The notes beneath the pieces were generated by a model, which had not been told where the DNA came from, searched no databases, and saw only the letters and a list, made by a program, of their open reading frames with translations. Below, piece after piece: positions 47,970 to 58,307 of a DNA stretch of 64,000 bases (position 1 is the first letter of the stretch; each line of letters begins with the position of its first letter). Position numbers and translations under genes: made by a program. The stretch lies in IMG/VR virus record IMGVR_UViG_3300018891_000001, positions 62,001-126,000 of that record. The stretch is one strand, 5' to 3'.

Positions 47970-50468
47970 ATGAGTAAGTTCCTAGAAGATTTCCTAATTA
48001 CCATGCCCACTACTCAACGAAAAAAACTCATGGAACTTTTAGAGTTAAAAAGACAAAAAGGTTATATTCGCTCAAATCATGAATTGCAAGCTGAACTAGA
48101 ACGATTATTAGCTGATATTGAAAGTCGTCAAGGTGGTCCAACTTTTCAAGCTCGACCACAATCCCATAAAATCAATTCCCAGTCCTATAATGCCAATATG
48201 GAAGAAATTGCTTTCGATTTGGCAACCTTATTTGAAGCATCTACTACTGTTGATCGATTGATGACTGATAATCAGCAGTTGTCACGATCTCTTTTATCCG
48301 GTATTAAAAAACAAATTTATGCTCTCCGCTCAAAGTTAGAGCGATATAAGATGCTCATGAAAAACACGGATGGATTTATTGATGGAATTTATGAACAATT
48401 TACATCTCCAGAGTTAACAGAAACCGATGAAAAAATTTTGCAATCTCTTCGAAAAGATCGGTTTGATAAATACCTAGATACTTCCTATAATGCTGAACAT
48501 GTTGGAGATGCTTTACAGCTGTCCGGTATTGAAACCATAGATCAGTTAAAAACGAACTACGGCCGACGACTAGCACGGATTGAAATACTGAATCGAACAG
48601 GACATGCTAGTGAAAATCCGGATCATGGTATTGATAAAGCGGTAGATGGTTCTCTTCACACTTATTGGGCAGAAAGTATTTTGGTCGATCAGCCTATTGT
48701 GCAAAATATTCACGATCTTTGGAGTAATGACTATAAGGATATTCCAAAAGACGGGGCCATCTGTGAAATTCAAATTACATTGAACGGTATTACAACGGTA
48801 TCTGATATTCATTTCGATCCTTTTTGTGCCTATCCGCTTGAAGTGGTATCCATCTATGGATACGAGACAGAAGATATGGGCGGAAAAGTTTATGAATTGA
48901 TTTCACCGAATCATCGAAATCCGCACCAACGAAGCAAAAAATCAGTTAATCTAATGACATTTCAGTTTCCATCCGTAGCGGTATCTAAACTGCGTATTTT
49001 AATTCGGCAAGAAAATTATGTAAAAGAAAACTATATTGTCAATCATAATGAGGCGCAAAATATGGAGCTGTGGCGTAAGCTTTCTTCTTCTCCGGAACTT
49101 ATTGAGGATTACAAACAACCTAATGAAACCATTGCCGAGTTTGATAAGAAAAATGAAATCACAGGATGGTCGGTGTATTTAGAAAAATTAAAAGAATGGG
49201 CTTCTTCCCTTAATCAAGTTGGTGTACTTGAAGCAGCCAAGCGAGCGATGGAGACTATTCGGATGGGAGATTATAAAAATCCACTTCTATTAAAATTACG
49301 GGCTTTATCGACAGATAAACAAAAAGAAATCGATAAACATTCTATATTGTCTCAAGAATGGAAAGCGGTTAATAAGTTATCTTACTTGTATGGTGCTTAT
49401 AATATTTCCGTATTTGGACGCAAATATCGAAATCAATCCATTTACATTTCTAAACCGCTTCCTTTATCCAGTAATGCTACCCGTATCAGCTTAGATACAA
49501 TCGAGAAGCATCATGATATGGAAATTGGCCCTGAAGTTGTTGATCCGTTGACAGGCCAAGCCCAACAGCAAGATGTCGCACGGATTACCGATATTGAATT
49601 TTATATTACCCATAAGAAAAACCCGACTGCAAAAGACTGGCAACCAATTTTACCTATTCATAAGAAATATGTGCAAGGAGAATTATTATTTGGAGACTTA
49701 ATAGAAGGGTATTATCCTGAGTTTGAAGAACATGAGAGAAGTGGGAATCCGCTTGTCGTGTACAGTTTTCGTTTTCCAGTTGTCTCAGACAAAACAGTGG
49801 TATTAAGGCGTAATGGAATCCCAATGAACCCTAATACGTATGTAATCTCGCATGATGGAAAAAAGATTGGGATTTTTGCAAAGTTCTATACGGCTTCCAG
49901 TATTTATACAGTTGATTATAAGCCAGCAGATAGCGCATACTTTGTCCATTTAGATGAATCAGTGGGAGTTACGCCTACTCAGTACATCAATAAAAATGGT
50001 GAAACAGGAGAATTCTTTTCTGAAGTTGATCAAGATAACTCCGTGACTTTAAAACATAAACCATATGTCTTTCGAAAGGATTTATTTTCTTATCACGAAA
50101 AAGAAAACGTCTATGAACAAAACTCAGAAAAATTGACTTCCGTTTCACCGGAGTTTCCGATTATTGTCCGAGTTGGAGGAGTAGAATTTAAAAATATTAC
50201 TAATTATGCCAATAACACTTATGATGTAGAACGACTGCTTGAAAACGATGGAAAGACCTTTGCTCAAATTGGAAACCGTATTGTTTTCGGCAGACCGACT
50301 GATGGAACAAAACTTGAAAACATTAATATTGATTATTACTATATTGCCACTGATATTCGCCTAAAAGCCATTTTGCGAAGAAATAGTGTAGAAGATGAAT
50401 CGGTAACTCCTGCATTATATAGCTACAGTATTCGATGTCAGTCTTACGATCAGGAGGTAGGAGCATGA
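47970..50468 (+). CDS. Virion structural protein, paralog family (S..YN helix plus degenerate discoidin-like domain)
   Basis: GPTFQ...SQSYNANMEEIAFDLATLF and KAVDGSLHTYW motifs recur in the genes at 50606, 56185 and 59593. Confidence 0.65.
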   Translation: MSKFLEDFLITMPTTQRKKLMELLELKRQKGYIRSNHELQAELERLLADIESRQGGPTFQARPQSHKINSQSYNANMEEIAFDLATLFEASTTVDRLMTDNQQLSRSLLSGIKKQIYALRSKLERYKMLMKNTDGFIDGIYEQFTSPELTETDEKILQSLRKDRFDKYLDTSYNAEHVGDALQLSGIETIDQLKTNYGRRLARIEILNRTGHASENPDHGIDKAVDGSLHTYWAESILVDQPIVQNIHDLWSNDYKDIPKDGAICEIQITLNGITTVSDIHFDPFCAYPLEVVSIYGYETEDMGGKVYELISPNHRNPHQRSKKSVNLMTFQFPSVAVSKLRILIRQENYVKENYIVNHNEAQNMELWRKLSSSPELIEDYKQPNETIAEFDKKNEITGWSVYLEKLKEWASSLNQVGVLEAAKRAMETIRMGDYKNPLLLKLRALSTDKQKEIDKHSILSQEWKAVNKLSYLYGAYNISVFGRKYRNQSIYISKPLPLSSNATRISLDTIEKHHDMEIGPEVVDPLTGQAQQQDVARITDIEFYITHKKNPTAKDWQPILPIHKKYVQGELLFGDLIEGYYPEFEEHERSGNPLVVYSFRFPVVSDKTVVLRRNGIPMNPNTYVISHDGKKIGIFAKFYTASSIYTVDYKPADSAYFVHLDESVGVTPTQYINKNGETGEFFSEVDQDNSVTLKHKPYVFRKDLFSYHEKENVYEQNSEKLTSVSPEFPIIVRVGGVEFKNITNYANNTYDVERLLENDGKTFAQIGNRIVFGRPTDGTKLENINIDYYYIATDIRLKAILRRNSVEDESVTPALYSYSIRCQSYDQEVGA

Positions 50469-50593
50469 GCCAAGAAGAATTGAAAAAGCGAGAAAAGAGA
50501 ATCCTCTATAACTTTACTTCTATTTTTCTGCTAATTACTGCTATTACAATTGGAGCAATCACTGGAATTATCTATATCGCAAAGCTATTAATA
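50465..50593 (+). CDS. Small 42-aa membrane peptide (not in the ORF track)
   Basis: MSQEELKKREKRILYNFTSIFLLITAITIGAITGIIYIAKLL. RBS AGGAGG at ~50452-50457; ATGA overlap with the upstream stop; fills the gap to the next RBS. Confidence 0.7.
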
Positions 50594-50605
50594 TAGGAGG
50601 GTATT

Positions 50606-53600
50606 ATGAGTAAACCGATCAAAAATCATTCCAAGTTGCTATATTTGCAAGCTCGTCAATTATTCGAACGTGCCAAAGCCAAATTTGAAAATGGCACTAT
50701 ACAATCCGAACCTAGATTGATTGAAGCGGTCTTTCAGGCCTTCCAAGAATTTTTTACCACAATGGGAAAGCCAAATATGATTCCCCGCTATGCTCCCGAA
50801 GAGGGTCCACCCTGGAGCGAAGATTACAATCAAATGATGCAAGAAATTCGTCAAGATTTAGAGTTGCTATTCCAGGAAATAGACATTCTAGGAAAAACAC
50901 TTTATACAGATTTTAATCACAACATGATTCAACACGAAATGATCCAGAAACAATTTGAGCAAGTGTTGGATAAAATGAGGGATTTAGAACTCTACTCAGG
51001 TTTGCATCAAAGTGGAATCGAACTAGGCCGTGATGATTTTCTTAATAAAGATAAAATTGATTACTCTCGAATTTCCGGCAATCCACTAGAAATCATTGAC
51101 GGTGCTGTTACACTGCCTCAAATCAATCGTGTTAATGTAGCAAAAGATGCTCAAATTACAATTATTACAGGGAATCAACAACAAAATAAATTTATTTTGG
51201 GTACAGAATCGAACGGATTTCCGGGAAACAATACAGAGATTCATAGTGTTACCGATGAAGTGTTAACAAGTCGAAATTATATTCCTACTTTTTTAGGAAT
51301 TGAGAATAACCACGGGGATTATTCTGTTGTGCTTGATGGCTCTCCTCATACATGGTTTGAATATGAAAAGGTCAATGTACGAGAACATGATAAAGTACGT
51401 GTAGCCAAAAATCTCGGATGGGATTATCAAGTCTATAAAAATCAAACCATCACATGGGCAGAGGATCCGGATGGTGGAATACTAAAATTACATTTGCAAA
51501 TCACGTTACCGAAAGAAACGATCATCAATCAAATTAATTGCAATATGTATACACCACCTAATTACGGTGCTAAAACAGCGATTGTTAAAAATATTCTGGT
51601 ATCGGATGGAAAGGAAGCTCCTCGCTCGATTATGCCAAAAAATCGAAAAGATGACCAATATCAATTTCATTTTCCACCAGTAAAAGCAAAGGTCATTTCG
51701 ATACTGTTTGAACAACCGCACAAATATATTACAGATATTGGTCACATTTTCTATGAAAAGAAAATGCAAGTAGAAGATCATTCGGAATATGCAATGGATA
51801 TGGCAACCAAGAAGTATAAGTATGCGCCTCGTATAGAAGGTCCTTTGATTTCATTAGAAGATCTAGGAATACAAGTAAAGGTGAGTGAAAATAACGTAGA
51901 GGCCTCTTATCCATTATTAAGAACAAGTAGGAATAATCACACTACAAATATTGCCGAAATCATTGATCGACTAATGAATCAAATAGACATGGATACTGCA
52001 GAAATGGGAATTGAGAAATTTGAGGGGTTTCGTTGGTGTATTGGTATACGGGATATTGAAATCTGGTCATGTGAATATGCAACAGAAGGGGAACTAGTAA
52101 CACACCCATTTTACTTTGACAAGCCATTGGATAAAATCATGTTAAATGTCAATGAGAATATCCCGCCTATTTTTGCTGCTAATCCCGCTTTAAAATATGA
52201 CTGGTTGAAATATTATATTTCCATCGATGATGGAGCTACATGGTATCCAATTACACCAATGAGTCATGAGCATGTAACAAAGGATCAGCCACCTAAAATT
52301 TATACCATTCGTATGATTGAAAGTGCGGAACAGCAACTAAATCATAAAGAGGCATATATTGAATCCGAATATCCCGTGTACAGTTTACGTCTTAAAATTG
52401 TAGCAAGACGACCAGACGATTATACGGCTGAAGGATTCATGATAAAAGATCAAACCGGTTCAACCAATGCGTCATTTGCGCAAACCAGTCCGATTATTAA
52501 CCACTATTCTTTTGAAGTAGTTACTATGGATGAAATTACAAATAGTGAAGAAAGTGACCGAATGGTTGCTGATTTATCAGAATTGATTGAAGCACAAAAA
52601 CCAAATACCGGATTCCCAGATCATTCAACTCCTCAGCCACCTTATACGGGAAGGGACCCGTGGGGGGATGATGACGGAGACGGAATTCCCAACTGGGATG
52701 ATCCTGATCACCCAGATTATATTCCACCACATACTCGGCCACCAGGATGGGAACCACCAGGGCGACCACCGGAAAGTACATACCCACCGGGAGGAAATCC
52801 ACCATCCATCGGAGGCCCAAATGAAGACGATGACAGAGATGGAATTCCAAACGAGCGTGATCCCGATTGGAAGCCACCTCTTACGATTCAAATCAATCGC
52901 AAAACAGAATGGTGTGTTGATAAAGATCTTACAATAGCGGGAATCTTATATAGTTATCACGAACTCCGAAAAGTAGAGCTCTATCTGAATGGAGAGAAAA
53001 AGGAAACCAAAACCATCACTGGAAAATATCAATCCTTTTCTTTCACAATACCGACTTCTGATCTTAAAGAGGGTGTATTAACTGTTCTGGTTAAAGGGTA
53101 TGACACAAAGTATGAAGTGATGACCACAGATGTAATCACTATTATAAATTGCGAAGGTCTTCCACCAGAAGATCGCCCAGATGAAAATTATGTAGACGAA
53201 TTAAAAGTCATCATTGATAAAAAAGTTTCTAAACTTTGTGAATGTGATCAACTTGTATTCTATGGAAGTGTGCAAGGACCTAACCCTATTCAAGAAGTTG
53301 TATTTCGTGTTAATGGAACTGTAATCGATCCAAATGATTTGGGAGCTTCCCCTGTTTATCATCCTTGCGCAAACAGTAAAGGGATTTCCATGCAAGAAGT
53401 CAAAGCAGCATCTCTTAAAACTGAAGAAGAAATTTTAAAAATCAAGGACTTTGGTGAGTGGTTAGATGCTTTTGAAGAGCTTCATGATTGTGGATGCAAA
53501 AACAAAAATAAAAGTCAGAAGCCAGTGCTTCATTCACAAAGTCATCCATTTCATATTATGAACTTAAATGAACAATCGTTTTATGTAGAAATTCCTTATT

Positions 53601-56170
53601 GGAAACTGTACGCAATGGGGATCAATGCAGGACAAACTATAACAGTTTCCGTGACAGCGTATGATTCAACAAATCAAGAAAGAACGGAAAGCTTTCAGGT
53701 TCTCATTGAGAATTGTAAAAAGCCGCCTACAGATGAAAATGGAAATCCACGAGTTCGAGAATGTTATTTGCTAGAAAGTATTGAAGTGCATTACTATAGT
53801 CATGAAACCCAACAAATCGAATCAACAACTATTCCTGCTAATGCTCTGCCATATAGCAGCATCACCAATGGAGCCGGTTCTGGTATTACAGTTGGATGGA
53901 GAAAAGAAGAAAAAGCTCCTATCCTGATGATGACATCGGGATACGATGATTCAGGATATGCTTTCCAAATTCATGCAGTAGGAGTTCATTATCTGAACGA
54001 ATACGATCAACCTCAAACGGTATGGGCTACTTCTATTGGAGGAAAAACAGAAGGGGTTAAAAATAGTGAAAAAATGCTCGGAGCGGCAAACCGCACTGCA
54101 GAATGGATGCAAGATATTGCCAATGGAGATTATTCTGCAACACCAAGTTTGGGTGGTATTAACGATTATGCTATCTTCATTATGAATAACGATTGGATCA
54201 TTAAAGCATGTGATGTTAATCTACCAAACTTTCTGCCAAGCGAACATGAACAGCCAACGGAATCGCAACCAGATCCTAACCGTCCGAAGCTTTATGACTG
54301 TAATCTATTAACACACGTTGTCTTTCAGGTTTATGATGAACTGGCTCGTGAACTAAAAATGTACAAAATTGATGTTCGCTCCACAGGGAAGGATACTTAT
54401 CAATTAACAACCAAAAATGGAGTTATTACCATTTCTGTGGGATGGGTCAATTATTTTAAAGGTCCTGCTATTCAGATTAAATCAGGTAATGGCACCGATA
54501 ATATTCTGTTAACAGCTATAGGGGCTTCCTATCGAGATATGTATGGGGATTCTCAAACTGCCTGGTCTACACGATTGCGTTACAAAACCAATGGAGTTCG
54601 TTACCCGGAATTTGTTGTAGGAGAAAAGAAAACATTATCAGATATTTATTGGGTCAACAACGGAGTAGTGAATTATACTCAAGCTACATATATCGGAAAA
54701 CAAGGCGATATGGTAGCGTATGTAATTGACGAACTAATTACAGATCACTTGTGTCAACCCGAAAAGCCAATTGACAACGAAATCGGCATTGACCCAAGCA
54801 ATCCACCAGATTTACCAACAGTCGAATTTATTAACCCGTCTTCAAGCATATGCCTAGAAGATAAAAGTGTAACAATTTCTGCTACAGTCAAAGACCCAGT
54901 AGAATTAAAATCCGTAACATATGGAATTTTGTTAAATGGTATAGAGATTTATGGACCATATACGGATTCTCTCAGCCGTCCTGAGCACAGAATTGATTAC
55001 TTTATTGATGTTGAACGATTGCAAGCCGGCGATACTATTCAGCTTCATATAACAGCTGTAAATGCTTTTAATGTGTCTGTAACCCAAACTATTGATCTCC
55101 TTGTAGAAAGTTGCGCACCAATAGCAAGGGCAACAGGCTCCATTTCTACTGAAGCAACTATTACGTACTCAATAGGAGCAGATATTAATTTAGGCAACTT
55201 TATGACCGAGTGGACACAATGGCATCATGATCAGGCTGGAAACTGGATGACGGTTAATAATGCCGGACGAATAGAATTAACCAACACCATTAACCAAAAT
55301 GGTTATTCTGGTTGGTATAATGTCAATCACATGAATGAATCAGATTATTACTTTGAATTTAAATGTCAAGCACGGGGAGCCGATAATGATACGCTTGGTG
55401 CTTTCTTCCGAATTCAACGGGATAGTACAGGAAAAGTGACTGGATTTTATTCAGTAGAGCATGATGGATATGGGTCATGGGTAAATCCGGGAGGTTTCCG
55501 TATTATTCGTCATGTAGTCAACGGAGCAGTAACAACAAAAACAGTTCTTGCGGAAGACGTAAATGCTGGATGGACAGAAGGAAATCACCGAGCCTATCGC
55601 ATTGTAGTAACAGTAGAAGGAAGTCGAATTACAGCAGAATTATATGGTGAACAAACATTAACTCGGCCGGCCAATCAACCAGCTGTTGAACCTTACGGAT
55701 GGCAACATATCACTACGCTTGTAGCAGAAGATAGCACCTTTACAAAAGGGGCTTGGGGCCCAATGACTAACTCGAATCCAGATTCTTTCTTCTGGGATTT
55801 AAAAATGAAAAATGTACAACAAATTTCTCATCAGGAAGAACCGACATTATCGCAAACATTCTCTGTCAATGTGCTTGAAAAATATGAGCCTAGCGATGCA
55901 GGGACCTATAAAGAGGTATTGTTGGTTGAAACACCAATTGGGCAACATTACAGTAATATCGTTTCACAGATTCTGAATAAACGTGGAATCACATCAGAGC
56001 AATTGCTAAAGGTGGGATATAAAATCTCATCAAGCAATGTAACAGATATAAAAAATAATCTTGTTCCTGTAAGTCAACTAAAATTTGTTCCTTCGAATGG
56101 ATTCACCCCTCAAGATACTTATGATGAAAACGCCGTAATTTGGGGGAATATTTTGGTTGACAGGCCGTAG
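50606..56170 (+). CDS. Giant virion protein: paralog-family N-terminus, Pro-rich linker with TSP3-like Asp-rich repeats, Ig-like domains and a C-terminal thrombospondin-C-like domain
   Basis: DDDGDGIPNWDDPD (52667-52708) and DDDRDGIPNERDPD (52826-52867); DNDTLGAFFR (from 55382) and TFTKGAWGPMTNSNPDSFFWDLK. Confidence 0.7.
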   Translation: MSKPIKNHSKLLYLQARQLFERAKAKFENGTIQSEPRLIEAVFQAFQEFFTTMGKPNMIPRYAPEEGPPWSEDYNQMMQEIRQDLELLFQEIDILGKTLYTDFNHNMIQHEMIQKQFEQVLDKMRDLELYSGLHQSGIELGRDDFLNKDKIDYSRISGNPLEIIDGAVTLPQINRVNVAKDAQITIITGNQQQNKFILGTESNGFPGNNTEIHSVTDEVLTSRNYIPTFLGIENNHGDYSVVLDGSPHTWFEYEKVNVREHDKVRVAKNLGWDYQVYKNQTITWAEDPDGGILKLHLQITLPKETIINQINCNMYTPPNYGAKTAIVKNILVSDGKEAPRSIMPKNRKDDQYQFHFPPVKAKVISILFEQPHKYITDIGHIFYEKKMQVEDHSEYAMDMATKKYKYAPRIEGPLISLEDLGIQVKVSENNVEASYPLLRTSRNNHTTNIAEIIDRLMNQIDMDTAEMGIEKFEGFRWCIGIRDIEIWSCEYATEGELVTHPFYFDKPLDKIMLNVNENIPPIFAANPALKYDWLKYYISIDDGATWYPITPMSHEHVTKDQPPKIYTIRMIESAEQQLNHKEAYIESEYPVYSLRLKIVARRPDDYTAEGFMIKDQTGSTNASFAQTSPIINHYSFEVVTMDEITNSEESDRMVADLSELIEAQKPNTGFPDHSTPQPPYTGRDPWGDDDGDGIPNWDDPDHPDYIPPHTRPPGWEPPGRPPESTYPPGGNPPSIGGPNEDDDRDGIPNERDPDWKPPLTIQINRKTEWCVDKDLTIAGILYSYHELRKVELYLNGEKKETKTITGKYQSFSFTIPTSDLKEGVLTVLVKGYDTKYEVMTTDVITIINCEGLPPEDRPDENYVDELKVIIDKKVSKLCECDQLVFYGSVQGPNPIQEVVFRVNGTVIDPNDLGASPVYHPCANSKGISMQEVKAASLKTEEEILKIKDFGEWLDAFEELHDCGCKNKNKSQKPVLHSQSHPFHIMNLNEQSFYVEIPYWKLYAMGINAGQTITVSVTAYDSTNQERTESFQVLIENCKKPPTDENGNPRVRECYLLESIEVHYYSHETQQIESTTIPANALPYSSITNGAGSGITVGWRKEEKAPILMMTSGYDDSGYAFQIHAVGVHYLNEYDQPQTVWATSIGGKTEGVKNSEKMLGAANRTAEWMQDIANGDYSATPSLGGINDYAIFIMNNDWIIKACDVNLPNFLPSEHEQPTESQPDPNRPKLYDCNLLTHVVFQVYDELARELKMYKIDVRSTGKDTYQLTTKNGVITISVGWVNYFKGPAIQIKSGNGTDNILLTAIGASYRDMYGDSQTAWSTRLRYKTNGVRYPEFVVGEKKTLSDIYWVNNGVVNYTQATYIGKQGDMVAYVIDELITDHLCQPEKPIDNEIGIDPSNPPDLPTVEFINPSSSICLEDKSVTISATVKDPVELKSVTYGILLNGIEIYGPYTDSLSRPEHRIDYFIDVERLQAGDTIQLHITAVNAFNVSVTQTIDLLVESCAPIARATGSISTEATITYSIGADINLGNFMTEWTQWHHDQAGNWMTVNNAGRIELTNTINQNGYSGWYNVNHMNESDYYFEFKCQARGADNDTLGAFFRIQRDSTGKVTGFYSVEHDGYGSWVNPGGFRIIRHVVNGAVTTKTVLAEDVNAGWTEGNHRAYRIVVTVEGSRITAELYGEQTLTRPANQPAVEPYGWQHITTLVAEDSTFTKGAWGPMTNSNPDSFFWDLKMKNVQQISHQEEPTLSQTFSVNVLEKYEPSDAGTYKEVLLVETPIGQHYSNIVSQILNKRGITSEQLLKVGYKISSSNVTDIKNNLVPVSQLKFVPSNGFTPQDTYDENAVIWGNILVDRP

Positions 56171-56184
56171 AAAGGAGCTTCTTT

Positions 56185-58299
56185 ATGAGTATTCGTAAAA
56201 TGCAAGTCACTAGAAAGATTGAAGAAATCATAAAAAGTTACCTCTTTCGTGGAAGATATCCAACGTTTCAAACCATTACACATCACTTAGGACAGTGGCT
56301 TCGGGATCATCGTCCCGGAGCACCTTCCTTTCAACCATTAAAGGTCTTTCGTAAAGAAAAGTCTAGTTCGGAAAAATATAATCAGCACATTCACGCTATC
56401 TACCAAGATATTTCGGATGCATATACAGCCACCATTCAACAAACCACACAAATCATGAATGATTTTCAGTTTATTGAAACAGAGCGGCAAAAAATTCTCC
56501 ATGAACTTGCTAATATTTCAAAATCAATTGATGAAATGCTATTAATCTCTCACCACGGGGAATACCGATATTTTGATGGATATACGATCAGTTTTGAAAA
56601 TGCTTCAGACGTAAATAAAGAAAAAAGTACCGCTTTTGTAGATGTGAAAAATCGGGAAGTGACGCTTGCAGAAAACCTTAATCAGAGCAACCGAATTGTT
56701 GTCGATCCTAACAAAGTTGCGTTCCAGCCATTACAACCAATTCATAAGCACGCAGCATTAGAAAGTATTCGTCATGCATTTGATGACAATATTAATACAG
56801 CTTGGTGGCATGTCGTAAAAACCAAAGAACTAGGTGCTAATAATATTATGCGAGCAGAATTAATCGTTATGTTTGATCAATCAGAAGAAATCAACCATAT
56901 TGAGTATCTGCCACATCATGTTAAACCTGTTAATATAAAAATTGAATACACTCAAGATGGAATTGTTTTTACACCTATTCATCAGCAAGCAGAAACTGAT
57001 AAAGTAACGGGTATGAAAATTTGGAGTTTTCCACGTACTAACGCAAGAGGAGTTAAGTTCATCTTTGAAAAATCAGATTATGATGAGCGTTCCGGGGAAT
57101 GGTATCAATATTATTTTGGAGCGAAAAACATTGGATTTTTTAAGAAAAATTATCTCAGTGAAGGAGTTATGTACACGAACGTCATCGAGTTTCGGGAAAA
57201 CGTACAACAAGTGTCTTTGTTAGCGAAACATGATATTCCTTTTAATACCGAAGTGCATTACGAAATCGCTTTATACGAGCCGGAAAAGAATTTAGAAGAA
57301 CTTATCTGGCATCCGATTTCATCTTTTGATGAAACAAAACCGAAATATGCTAAAATTGTCAATTTAAATGTTAAAGAACATAAAAAGATTGAAGCCAGCA
57401 AAGCAGAAGCAACAGGTCAAATCATTAACGGCATGCAAGTATTTCGCCTCATGAAAGATAATGGGGATGGGATTATGTCAGAAATCATTTTGGATACTCA
57501 AACAGGGGAAACAAAAGAAACATTTGACATATTTCAAAATCCCAAACTTTTTCGAGGCATTAACCAGTGGAAAAGAGAAAGAACCTATGTCCCGTTTGAT
57601 GGAAGTGTGCCTTTAAATAATAAATGGGATGAGCAATATCAAAATCGTCCGGAAACCGTTCGAATAGACTATCTCCCAAAAGGAAACGAATTAAGCCTTA
57701 AACGGGAACATGGCGGTTTTGACGACAACTTTTATCGTTTCACCATATGTATTTATTCAGACGAACCACGCAGCGAACCTTTGAGTTTGTCTGTAATGAC
57801 TACTCTTCCTTCAGGAGTGCGAAAACGATTAGGTGCTTATTCTGTATATGTCAACCGACAACGATTAGCTCCCGTTAATGATGAAGTTACTATGAATTTT
57901 GTAAAGGGATGGAATGAGATTCAAATCTTATACCATTGGGGAGATATGCAAGAACGAAAAGATACTGCACGGGAAAACCTCCCCAATAAAACGATTGTAG
58001 GGAAATTCAATTTCTTAAAAGAGAAACGAGTACGTGGCGATTTAGAACACATGAAATTTGTTAATGTGCATAGTTTGTTTCATAATATCTCTCCTAATAA
58101 TCGAAACTATTTTTCTATTCATGAGCGTCAAGTGGTTCTTAATTATTTGCCGAAGAACTGTATATTTCAACTCATGTACGAAACAAGCAAACAAATTAAA
58201 CAACACCATCAAGTAATCGTTCGTGCTCATATGAAACGGGACATGAATGTCCCTCACATCACTCCGAAAATTTATCAAATTCGATTACGGGCGAAGTAG
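56185..58299 (+). CDS. Virion structural protein, same paralog family
   Basis: GAPSFQP...SSSEKYNQHIHAIYQDISDAY and HAFDDNINTAWW motifs. Confidence 0.65.
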   Translation: MSIRKMQVTRKIEEIIKSYLFRGRYPTFQTITHHLGQWLRDHRPGAPSFQPLKVFRKEKSSSEKYNQHIHAIYQDISDAYTATIQQTTQIMNDFQFIETERQKILHELANISKSIDEMLLISHHGEYRYFDGYTISFENASDVNKEKSTAFVDVKNREVTLAENLNQSNRIVVDPNKVAFQPLQPIHKHAALESIRHAFDDNINTAWWHVVKTKELGANNIMRAELIVMFDQSEEINHIEYLPHHVKPVNIKIEYTQDGIVFTPIHQQAETDKVTGMKIWSFPRTNARGVKFIFEKSDYDERSGEWYQYYFGAKNIGFFKKNYLSEGVMYTNVIEFRENVQQVSLLAKHDIPFNTEVHYEIALYEPEKNLEELIWHPISSFDETKPKYAKIVNLNVKEHKKIEASKAEATGQIINGMQVFRLMKDNGDGIMSEIILDTQTGETKETFDIFQNPKLFRGINQWKRERTYVPFDGSVPLNNKWDEQYQNRPETVRIDYLPKGNELSLKREHGGFDDNFYRFTICIYSDEPRSEPLSLSVMTTLPSGVRKRLGAYSVYVNRQRLAPVNDEVTMNFVKGWNEIQILYHWGDMQERKDTARENLPNKTIVGKFNFLKEKRVRGDLEHMKFVNVHSLFHNISPNNRNYFSIHERQVVLNYLPKNCIFQLMYETSKQIKQHHQVIVRAHMKRDMNVPHITPKIYQIRLRAK

Positions 58300-58307
58300 G
58301 TGAATAC

